Program-made: the position numbers and the translations under genes
Notes under the pieces: generated by a model
Seen by the model: the letters and a program-made list of their open reading frames with translations, nothing else
Database searches by the model: none
Told to the model about the DNA's origin: nothing
Part shown: positions 12,572 to 23,100 of the stretch, in pieces
How the letters are laid out: each line of letters begins with the position of its first letter
Position numbering within the stretch: the stretch's first letter is position 1
NCBI GenBank assembly: GCA_032718475.1
Contig: JAUCBJ010008239.1
Location: 1 to 51,529 of the forward strand
Reading direction: 5' to 3'
DNA: 51,529 nucleotides
From: Nemertoderma westbladi
Taxonomy: Eukaryota; Animalia; Xenacoelomorpha

Positions 12572-14726
12572 GTAAGTTTCTCGTCCATGGAACAATTACG
12601 GTAAGTTTCTCGCCCATGGAACAATTACGGTAAGTCCCTGTAACAATTAAGGTGAGTCCCTCGCCCTTGTCCGGAACAATTACGGTAAGTTCCTCGTGTC
12701 TGGAACAATTACGGTGAGTTCCTGTAACAATTACTTTAAGTTCCTCCTCCCTGGAACAATTACGGTAAGTTCCTCGTGAACCTCGTGTCTGGAACAATTT
12801 TGTTAAGTTTCTGGAACAATTACAGTAAGTTTCTGGAACAATTTCGTTAAGTTTCTGGAACAATTACGGTAAGTTCCACGTGCTTGGAACAATTACTGTA
12901 AGTCCCTCGTGTCTGGAACACTTACGGTAAGTTTCTGGAACAATTTCGTTAAGTTTCTGGAACAATTACTGTAAGTCCCTGCGTGAACCGCGTGTCTGGA
13001 ACAATTTCTTTAAGTTTCTGGAACAATTACGGTAAGTTCCTCGTGTCTGGAACAATTACGGTAAGTTCCTCGTGTCTGGAACAATTTCGTTAAGTTCCTG
13101 TAACAATTACGGTAAGTTCCTCCTCCCTGGAACAATTACGGTAAGTTCCTCGTGTCTGGAACAATTACGGTAAGTTCCTCGTGTCTGGAACAATTTCGTT
13201 AAGTTCCTGGAACAATTTCGTTAAGTTCCTGGAACAATTTCGTTAAGTTCCTGTAACAATTACGGTAAGTTCCTCGTCCCTGGAACAATTACGGTAAGTT
13301 CCTCGTGTCTGGAACAATTACGGTAAGTTCCTCGTGTCTGGAACAATTACGGTAAGTTCCTCGTGTCTGGAACAATTACGGTAAGTTCCTCGTGTCTGGA
13401 ACAATTACGGTAAGTTCGTCGTTCATGGAACAAATACGGTAAATCCCTCATCCATGGAACAATTACGGTAAGTTCCTCGTGTCTGGAACAATTACTGTAA
13501 GTTCCTGTAACAATTACGGTAAGTTCCTCCTCCCTGGAACAATTACGGTAAGTTCCTCGTGTCTGGAACAATTACGGTAAGTTCCTCGTGTCTGGAACAA
13601 TTTCGTTAAGTTCCTGGAACAATTTCGTTAAGTTCCTGGAACAATTTCGTTAAGTTCCTGGAACAATTTCGTTAAGTTCCTGTAACAATTACGGTAAGTT
13701 CCTCGTCCCTGGAACAATTACGGTAAGTTCCTCGTGTCTGGAACAATTACGGTAAGTTCCTCGTGTCTGGAACAATTACGGTAAGTTCCTCGTGTCTGGA
13801 ACAATTACGGTAAGTTCCTCGTGTCTGGAACAATTACGGTAAGTTCGTCGTTCATGGAACAAATACGGTAAATCCCTCATCCATGGAACAATTACGGTAA
13901 GTTCCTCGTGTCTGGAACAATTACTGTAAGTTCCTCGTGTCTGGAACAATTACGGTAAGTTCCTCGTGTCTGGAACAATTACGGTAAGTTCCTCGTGTCT
14001 GGAACAATTACGGTAAGTTCCTCGTGTCTGGAACAATTACGGTAAGTTCCTGGAACAATTTCGTTAAGTTCCTGTAACAATTACGGTAAGTTCCTCCTCC
14101 CTGGAACAATTACGGTAAGTTCCTCGTGTCTGGAACAATTACGGTAAGTTCCTCGTGTCTGGAACAATTACGGTAAGTTCCTCGTGTCTGGAACAATTAC
14201 GGTAAGTTCGTCGTTCATGGAACAAATACGGTAAATCCCTCATCCATGGAACAATTACGGTCAGTTCCGGTAATAATTACAGTAAGTTCCTCGTCCGGGA
14301 ATAATTACGGTAAGTTCCTGGAACAATTACAGTAAGTTCCTCGTGTCTGGAACAATTACGGTAAGTTCCGGTAACAATTACTGTAAGTTCCTCGTGTCTG
14401 GAACAATTACGGTAAGTTCCTCGTGTCTGGAACAATTTCGTTAAGTTCCTGGAACAATTTCGTTAAGTTCCTGTAACAATTACGGTAAGTTCCTCCTCCC
14501 TGGAACAATTACGGTAAGTTCCTCGTGTCTGGAACAATTACGGTAAGTTCCTCGTGTCTGGAACAATTACGGTAAGTTCCTCGTGTCTGGAACAATTACG
14601 GTAAGTTCCTCGTGTCTGGAACAATTACGGTAAGTTCGTCGTTCATGGAACAAATACGGTAAATCCCTCATCCATGGAACAATTACGGTCAGTTCCGGTA
14701 ATAATTACAGTAAGTTCCTCGTACGG
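12561..14726. repeat. Satellite of 29-bp and 22-bp units with higher-order structure (left part)
   Basis: Units GGAACAATTACGGTAAGTTCCTCGTGTCT and GGAACAATTTCGTTAAGTTCCT, roughly 80 units, each with an internal dyad GGAAC...GTTCC. Confidence 0.95.
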
Positions 14727-16646
14727 TAAATTGGAGAGATACGCCTATTCCTACTATCGGAAGAGACGGTAACAATACCTGCAATATCCTACTGTAAAGT
14801 TTGTAAATCAAATCATAAATCCGACCTTCTCACCAAAACAGTAAACCCCAAGTAAGCGAATATATTGCAGTATCGATCTCTTTTAACCGGTGAGGCAGAA
14901 AACAGTCTACGAGCAGACAAACTTCGATAAAACAAAATCCCGCGCAGCGAATCCTAAAATCAGGCTGACTCACTGACGGACTAAGAGGCTCGTATACTTT
15001 GCCGCGGTGTGATTTATATATGGTTGGGCAAAGGGACGCTAGCTAGGTACAGAGCAGATTTGGAGATGTCTAACTAGCGAGCAAAGTGCAGTAAGGACGA
15101 AAGTTAATTTTATATATTTCGAGGTGTAAATAATTTCTAACGCACGTGTGTTAATTCTGAACGGTCAAAGCAGTTTTGCTCCTTCACATATATAATTACT
15201 GGGTATGGTGTGCATTTTACGAATATTCTAATTTGTAACTTGTAGGTCCAATACTCACGAATGATAAGGTTCCTTCCCCTCTTGCGTATTTCCAGGACTC
15301 AAATTCAGGCATAAGGTTAATACTACGCCCAGAATTCGGCAATTTTAGGTACCAGGTCCCTGATACTAAGAAGAGATGTGTTAGTTTACTACTGTAGGCG
15401 TACGGGTACTAATAGCTATCCTGGCTCCTATCTAGAATTTTAGTCACCCAGGTAGTCCAGGTAACTTCCTATTAGGGCGTTGGCGGGGACACGGTAGATG
15501 TTAGTATATCCCTGATAGCCTCAATTTATTTGCGCCTAGCGTAAACTGCCCTACCGCCTGAACGGTACAATCCCAATTCAGGTGAAAACACAGCAACCCC
15601 TTTAGCCTACAAGTTCTGATGTAACGGACACCGTTGTACGGTAAATAGTCGCACACACACCTGTACTTAGCAAGAGTTAAGCGTACAGTTTGCTGCACCC
15701 TAACCAATGTGTATGCCTTGTACCGGTGTGCCTACGTCCTATCTGCGTACTAGTATCTGCTCTCTCTCTCTCTCCCCCCCGTAGGAATATGAAGGTCTAC
15801 TGCGGTTTTTCCTGAATCAAGACAGTACAGTCCCTATGATGTAATTTTAGGCTTGCAGCGTGTCACTACGTCTACCTTTGATCTTTTGGTCTTACACTTA
15901 GGTAGCAAGGATCGAACGCTGTCTAACCTTTCAGGCGATGGGCGAATAACTAGATGGTATTGCGGGTTGTCTCCCGTCTACATTCCCGTGATGTTCCCGT
16001 TCATTGCTGCGGCCCGATCTCTAGCTGGCCATCCTGTCCCTGAGTTTGTTCACCGTAGTGAAACCATATTAAAACAGATAGAAAAGGGCTGAGATGTGAC
16101 TAGTATTTCTGACTTTATTACAAAACATATAATAACTATTATACAATAAACAATGTAATCTGAAATAAGACAGAAAGCGAATGATGGAAATTGCAGTAGT
16201 GATTGAGAACTAATGAACGAATCGCACCTTTATATACTAAATTTGTGCCGCAATCAATCGAGAAAATTCTCGATTGTTCTATGGGTTCTAACAAGGTTTT
16301 AAAGATAGCTTATTGGTCCAGCTAATATATAACTTGCACGACATTGGTTACAATCAAATAACTACAGCCTTATTGGTACAGACAAATGCAATTAATTTGT
16401 AGCGGTTAATTTAAATGAGTTGAAATTCTGCACAAAAAATAATTCGCACTTACTAGGATTTGAACTCGATACCTACTATACTTATAATTTCCAACGCTCT
16501 ACCAACTGAGCTACTGAACCACTTGACCGATAGATGCATAATAGATAGAACCAATACTAATGAGAACTCAAAGCAATCTTTACAAAGTTAATTCGAATAA
16601 AATAAAATTTTGAAAATCCACGGCATTTAGGGAATATAATTCTATA
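14727..16646 (-). repeat. 3' LTR (1,920 bp)
   Basis: Direct repeat of 29774-31693 at a constant offset of 15,047. One substitution seen (15640 G vs 30687 A). Confidence 0.95.
16434..16520 (-). ncRNA. tRNA-derived Pol III-like unit inside the 3' LTR (U3)
   Basis: GGTTCAG-TAGCTCAGTTGGTAGAGC (A box/D arm)...GAGTTCAAATCC (B box)...TTTTTT terminator. Cloverleaf stems other than the D arm are poor. Confidence 0.55.
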
Positions 16647-16654
16647 CCGCTCCA
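16647..16654 (-). other. Short polypurine-tract candidate
   Basis: TGGAGCGG directly abuts the 3' LTR on the element strand. Confidence 0.5.
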
Positions 16655-17504
16655 TGAAAACAGGATATTATCGTGCATAAATATACGGTTTTCACCAATA
16701 ATCAATCAAACTATAGAATACTTAGGGCGTACTTACATATTTACAATTAAGTTTCAAACAATACTTCCTTTCTACGTAATGATTCGATACAAAATAATTA
16801 CAAATTCAAACTTTACGTATTTAAGGCTTTACTAAGTAAGTACAATATAAATCTAAATTAAATTCACCAATATAAATCTATTGCATCTCAAATATTGCAT
16901 AAATTCAAACAATTACAAATACAAATAAATGAAAACAATAAGAAAGGCTCGCGAGTCTTCCATCTACTATTGCATCTCAAATATTGCATAAATTCAAGTA
17001 ATTACAAATACTTTCGTACCTAAATGTAGATTGCATAAGTTTGGAATAATTACAAATATGAGTCTTTCTGAGCACAAAATTTTCTGTCTATAAAACTTTC
17101 TATTTCACTGTAAATACAAATACTGCTTATAAGATATAAATTGCATAATATTCGGAACAATATAAATTGCATAAGTTCAGAATAATATAAATTGCATAAG
17201 TTCGAAATAATCACGTAAATATAAGATATAAATTCTTACTAAATATAAATCTTACTAAATATAAGTCTTTACTTAAATATTAATATAAACTGCATAAGTT
17301 TAGAATAATATAAACCTTTGCATCTCAAATATGAAACATAAATCTTTCAAATATAAGTTCCTTCTAAATATAAACTTTCTAAATTTCATAAATTCGGAAC
17401 AATACAAATTGTATGAGTTTTCTAAATATAAAACATATAATTCAAAATAAATCACAAATCATAAGAAAGGCTCACGAGTCTTCCGTCCACCCTTGCCCTC
17501 CTTT

Positions 17505-18968
17505 TCATCGCTTAGTTGATCGAGCCCTGCCGCGTCCTCGAAAACTGCGCACAGGTGACTTTGCTCGCGATATGGGACTTGTGGGGCGAGTCACTGGTTT
17601 ACTTGGGACGTTGAGAGACGGTGCGACTATTTCCTCACAAATTCGTCTATTTGGCATCCCAAAACCTCGACCAATTCCTCGTGACCGATCAGTCGTCACT
17701 ACAGTTGGTAGAACGTCTGGGAACGCGTGAGAAGCGGACGACGCAGACCCAAGAGTAGCTTGCGCCCCCTGTTGATCAGCTGGTGTATGTCCCGATCCTC
17801 CTACTGGTTCTCTTGGAAGTGATACCGTATCCCGAGTAACTCGAATAGTCGGCTCAACTCCCTTGCGTTCTTCCACATTAATAATTTTCTTCAATTGTTG
17901 GCCCACTTTCTGGACCCGTATGATCCTACCCTGCCCGTCCTCCCGAGGGTGACGTGCAGACGGCGCAACCGGAGTGGCTGATATATTCGTCGCCTCTAGG
18001 ACCTCTTCTTCCTCGAATACGCTCGCTCGTATACGTTTATGGTAAAACGCGGCTCGGTACGCCCATGCGACGGTTAACCAAGCTCCTTTATTCCGCTTTT
18101 CGGTTCGGAAACGATCAAATTCACCATACGTGATACGATTTACGACTTTCTGAAAATTCCACGTGTTTTTGTTATCCGGGTGAATCTGTAACAGATACTC
18201 GCGCACCACTCGAAATCCGCTGTCGTGGGGCAAAATATCGACAACCTCGATAAGTTCGTCATACTGGGGCATAGCGGAGATATATCCTTCCGACATCATC
18301 GTCTGGGGATTTACCGCCCAAAATCCGAGATGCGCTCTCATCGGAAACCGTCTTCTTTGTGCCGATACATGTTCGTCGGCCAAATCTTCCCACTCATCAA
18401 ATAACTTCCTCACGAGTTTTACAGATTCATGTTCATAAGGTATGTCTCTTAGTTGGCATTCAGATGCTCGATGTCCCTTTATATTGCAGTAAGTACATTG
18501 AGCCATAAATCTCCAGCAAGTATAAAAGGTATGAGACCCTTGATCCCCACACCATCCACAGATTAGCTGAGTCGTAGTAATGTGCTTTCCACTGCACTTT
18601 GCCATATGATGTCCAGCGACGCCACATTTACTACACATCGTATTAGCAGGGTACCACACTCGTTCGTATATAAGATCTCCAATCGGTCGAGCGCTTCCTC
18701 CCATACTATAATCGTAATCATCTGGGTCTATGGGTTGGTAGGTTTCTGAAGGTTGTATACAAACTATAGCATCTGTTGCTTCAAGTTGTCGAATCTCCGT
18801 CTGAGATTTCTTCGGGAGGTTCCTTTCTATCTCAAGAAGTTCCTCTAAAGGATCGTCGGCGATCGTAGTAGTTACGTTGAAATCATCACCGAGGTGACCG
18901 ATAGGCGCGCGCGTCTGCCGTGATTCATCCGTAATTTCCACAATACGTTCTCCTTCATAAGGTAACAT
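17505..18968 (-). CDS. Retrotransposon accessory ORF3: triple CCHC zinc-knuckle protein with RG-rich tail (487 aa from first ATG)
   Basis: CSKCGVAGHHMAKC, CGWCGDQGSHTFYTC, CTYCNIKGHRASEC; C-terminal RSRGIGRG and RGRGRAR. No signal peptide or TM segment apparent. The frame is open back to about 19016. Confidence 0.8.
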   Translation of the reverse strand: MLPYEGERIVEITDESRQTRAPIGHLGDDFNVTTTIADDPLEELLEIERNLPKKSQTEIRQLEATDAIVCIQPSETYQPIDPDDYDYSMGGSARPIGDLIYERVWYPANTMCSKCGVAGHHMAKCSGKHITTTQLICGWCGDQGSHTFYTCWRFMAQCTYCNIKGHRASECQLRDIPYEHESVKLVRKLFDEWEDLADEHVSAQRRRFPMRAHLGFWAVNPQTMMSEGYISAMPQYDELIEVVDILPHDSGFRVVREYLLQIHPDNKNTWNFQKVVNRITYGEFDRFRTEKRNKGAWLTVAWAYRAAFYHKRIRASVFEEEEVLEATNISATPVAPSARHPREDGQGRIIRVQKVGQQLKKIINVEERKGVEPTIRVTRDTVSLPREPVGGSGHTPADQQGAQATLGSASSASHAFPDVLPTVVTTDRSRGIGRGFGMPNRRICEEIVAPSLNVPSKPVTRPTSPISRAKSPVRSFRGRGRARSTKR

Positions 18969-19621
18969 AGTTGTTGATGGTTCGAACACCTCGCCAATAT
19001 CGGTTCGGGATTTTCCTTATTCAAACGCATCGGAATCGCATTTCGTTGTTCGCGCATACAAGAACCGCATTGATAATAAAGTTTATAAACTGAAAATGCT
19101 TCTTTGGTTTCTCTATCGTCCCCTCGAGTTCGTCTGTAAAGATGCATTCCATCGAATTCATCACGTACCGCGGGCATAGGTTCGTGCGCCTTTAGGTATT
19201 GCATGGTATGATACAAACGACTAATTTCAGTATCGGGGTCTTCGCTAATGTCTCCCGTATCACACAAAGCATCGTACGGGTAAAGTTCGTTGAAGGTTTG
19301 GCGCAAACTTTCGATTCTTTCGTTCAATGCGTTTTGCCTTCTCTTTAATACATTCGAGTCATATTTAGTTCTCGCGAGTTTCGCTGTACTTTCCGATAAT
19401 TCTTTTATACCGAATATAGTATAATCCTTGGCTCCAAATCTTTCGAATGGCGCTGCTGCCTCCTCTTGGATATCATATCCCCACCTCGGCTCTCCTTGTA
19501 TCCCTTTCTCCATAATTAGAGGTGTAGTTACATAATCATTACTACTAGAGGGAATACAACAGAGTTTGTAGTTAGTTGTGAGGAGACGTGAGAGTTTCGT
19601 CTGCCCTTTGGGCTTCGACAA
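18872..19621 (-). CDS. Retrotransposon accessory ORF2, unknown function (first ATG 19513, 213 aa)
   Basis: Intact ORF with a helical/coiled segment (RRQNALNERIESLRQTF) and a possible CxxC...CxxH zinc site (CGSC...CSNH). Overlaps ORF3. Confidence 0.7.
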   Translation of the reverse strand: MSKPKGQTKLSRLLTTNYKLCCIPSSSNDYVTTPLIMEKGIQGEPRWGYDIQEEAAAPFERFGAKDYTIFGIKELSESTAKLARTKYDSNVLKRRQNALNERIESLRQTFNELYPYDALCDTGDISEDPDTEISRLYHTMQYLKAHEPMPAVRDEFDGMHLYRRTRGDDRETKEAFSVYKLYYQCGSCMREQRNAIPMRLNKENPEPILARCSNHQQLCYLMKENVLWKLRMNHGRRARLSVTSVMIST

Positions 19622-20174
19622 CGCTCTAACCTCCTACCCATAGCCTAAGATCTAGGGTTTCTTTAATGACACGCTGCTTCTTATCTAAAAATTTTTGCCG
19701 AAATAAAAACGAATTTGGGCTAAACTGGCTGTGAGTCTAAAATACTCACTTTTTGATCCCAAACTATTATCAGAAAATAAGCAGTCAAGAATTAGTAATA
19801 AATATAGGGGAGTCTATTTTGACGTAACTTATTGAAACAAGACCGTGTAAAATTTTAATTAAAATTTTAAGAAAGGCTCGCAAGTCTTCCTCTCTTGTTT
19901 CTCTAATTTTAAGTTCCACCCGACTGTACCCTGAAATCTATTCACTGGAGAAAATTTTAAAAATTTTTCAAATCCAAATGGATTGTCTAAAATTTCGAAA
20001 ATGTCTCAATATTGTGAGTTCCAAGTAGAATTCCATTTCTTATACCTACAAATCCCGCTCCTATGTGACACATAAGGGTACTACCCTCAATGTTCACATA
20101 TAAAGACAATGGAATTCTACCGCTGTCCTTAATACGGTGTACAGGTACGTGGAAATCTATTTGTAAACTCCTAA

Positions 20175-23100
20175 TTATTTACTAGTATTAGGTGGAGATT
20201 TGTAGTCTCCAGACTCGTTACGAGTCTCTTCAAGAAGTACGAGACGTTGAGTCGGTCTGTCTACTGTACGACCGTCAATTGTCCGTACTGTCACAGTTCT
20301 TGTCACTCCATCCATAGATGGATGTGTGGCTAAAATGACACCTGTTATCCAGAAGCGTCTTTTTAGATTCACTTCTGCCAACAGCACGTGATCTCCCGGC
20401 TTTAATGCGCGGGTGTTATTGTACCAGTTTGTTCTGGCAGAAATAGAGGGCAAATAATGGTTTTGCCATATTTCCCAGAATTTGTTAGCTAGTAATTGCG
20501 TGATTTTCCACGCTTTTCTCCCGTAACTATCGCTTTCCATTGGAATGGAAAGCGGCGTCAAAGTCGTCGGTGCCTGCATTAGCAGGTGTGCCGGTGTCAA
20601 AGCAAACTGGGATTGTTTGTCATCGGGTACTAATACTATTGGTCTAGTATTTAGTATTGCCTCGATTTCAACAAACAATGTTGTCAGTTGGTCGTCTGTT
20701 AATATGTGGTTTACTGGAATGACCTTTGCCATGGCTGTCTTTATAGATCTAATCAATCTCTCCCAGACTCCGCCTCTCCAAGGACTATCTGGAGGATTGA
20801 ACTTCCAAACAATCTTGTGAGGTTGCAGTTCGTTTGAGATTTGATCATGATCTAATTTCTTAAAGGCTCTAGCAATCTCATTCCGAGCACCAACAAAGTT
20901 TGTCCCTTGGTCTGAGTACAAGCATTTTACTAATCCGCGTCTAGCGATAAATCGCCGTAGTGCTAGTATAAACGCGTTGGTGGAAAGATCCATCACACGT
21001 TCAATGTGAACTGCCCTACTGGACATACATGTGAAAATCAGTCCCCAGCGTTTTACTAGTATACGTCCACGTTTAGTATGTATGGGACCAAAGCAATCAA
21101 TTCCAGTCTCTGTAAAAGGTGGTCTGAATGCTTGAAGTCGTGCTTGTGGTAGTTCACTCATTTCTTGGGTACCTATTCTAGAATGTACCTTTTTACAAAT
21201 AATACACGTACGTGTCACTGAACTTAATGCTTTACTGGGTCTAATTAATACAAATCTAGTACGTAAGTAGGAAAGACAGTGGTGTCTTCCAGCGTGTTTC
21301 AGATGTAAATGTGCGTCCAGTATCATTGCACGTTGTAGTTCGTGGTGTTGCGGTATTATTATTGGGTACCTAAAGTTCGTGTTAAAGTCAATGTTTTGAA
21401 GCCGAGATTTATGACAAATTAAGCCATTATAAATAATCGGACTCCAACTCAGTATCGGTGACGACTTGATTGGTTGACCTTGATTTATAGATGTGAATTC
21501 GCGCGCGAAATATCGCAGTTGGTAATGGCGAATTAATTTAATCTCACACCTGTCAATCTCAGCCAATGTAAGTCGACGTGTGAAGTCACGTTTGCCTTTA
21601 ACGTATTGTACAAAACGTACAATCCACGCTAATTTTCGGCAAGCGTTTGACCAAGAATCTGTTAGGTTTACAATACGGTCGACATAAGTATTTGTGACGT
21701 CATCAGGTAAGTCAATGGAGAACTTGGAAGGTTTCGAATTACTAGAAGGGCCCACGGGTCCGCCGGTAAGTATTCCCTTGTTGACTGTTGATCCGTCCGG
21801 GTCTACAAGTAATTTGTCCTTCTTTGTCTTCTTACCTTGATTGTCGGTACTTTGTAAGTCGATCGTTAATGGTGGTTTGAACTCTATGGGGTCAGCAGGT
21901 TTCGGTAAACTTATTTTTCTGCCGACATTAATCCCAGGTCTCACCACAGGTTGTAAGTTCGGTATGTCTCTTGAGCGCAAAGTAACACCTGTATTTACAT
22001 TAGCGTAGGTACTACCCACATCTGCAATACATGAGGTTTCACCATGCTTATGGTTGCCCAAGTGTGTCAAAATTGGTAGTTTGTCAATACAAGGCCGCTC
22101 CAATAGGGAAACTGCGGCTTTATTGTTAGTCAATACATTACTAGTGTCTAGTCGACTGTCTAGTAGTGTGTCTGGCGATACGTCTGGTAACGTATCTGGT
22201 TGTTTGTCACTAGAAGGCCGCTCCAATAGGGAAACTGCGGCTTTACTGTTTGTCAGTGTGTTACTAGCGTCTGGTGGGACATTTTGTGATATGTCTGGCA
22301 AAATGTCTGGTTGGCTGTCTAGTAACATGTCTGGTTGACCGTCTGGCGATATGTCTGGTGTAGAAAGGCTCGCAAGTCTTCCTCTCTTGACCTTTGAAGT
22401 TATATCCTTCCATTTCGCCTTCGGTTTTTTCTTGAGTTTCGCCGCCGTCGTCCTTTTCTTTGTCTTCCCCTTTTTTGGTTTCTTGATTTCGGCGTCCTTA
22501 GGAATGGTGTTGGACTTGTTGTCGTATAACGGAGGCCAATCTTGTGTCGATTTCTGCAAGAACTGGGGTCCGTGTTGCCAAAACTCTTTGTTCTCCGGTT
22601 TACAGAATTCCTCAGGCATCATTCCTCGCGACGCAATATCAGCTGGGTTTTGTGGTCCGGGACAATGTCGCCAATCCTCTTTTATCGAACGGTCTAGAAT
22701 CTCTGCGCGACGGTTAGCTACGAATGTCTTGAATTCGAGTGTGTCGTTGTTTATGTAAAATAAAACCAACGTCGCGTCAGTCCAATAAAATATCTGTAAA
22801 CTCGACTGTAGTTCTGTCTGTATGAGGTTCACGATGGTGGTTGACAGGGTCGCGGCTTGTAGCTCGGCTCGTGGTGTCGTCATATACTTAGTAGGCATGG
22901 TCTTAGCCTTGGAAGTAATGAGCGAAACATCGAACTCGTCTGATTCTACTTGTCTGCGCAAATACGCTGCCACACCAAACCCGTTGTCACTGGCGTCAGA
23001 AAAACAGTGTAGTTCCAAGTTGTCAGGAAATGTACTCTGTAATGGAAAGTAAACCCTGGGTATGGAATAATCCTCTAACGAAGACAATTCCGCCTCCCAG

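Noticed and set aside
12561-14726. CRISPR-like appearance (29-bp partly palindromic repeats)
   Set aside because: No unique spacers, no cas genes, eukaryotic context; it is a head-to-tail satellite.
15501-16092. Short ORFs within the LTRs (also 30548-31139)
   Set aside because: Non-ATG starts and no recognisable motifs; duplicated only because the LTR is duplicated.
16434-16520. Functional tRNA gene or element-encoded tRNA primer
   Set aside because: Acceptor, anticodon and T stems do not pair, and its 3' end is not complementary to the PBS.
17505-19621. env gene
   Set aside because: No signal peptide, transmembrane anchor or glycoprotein-like cysteine pattern; has CCHC knuckles instead.
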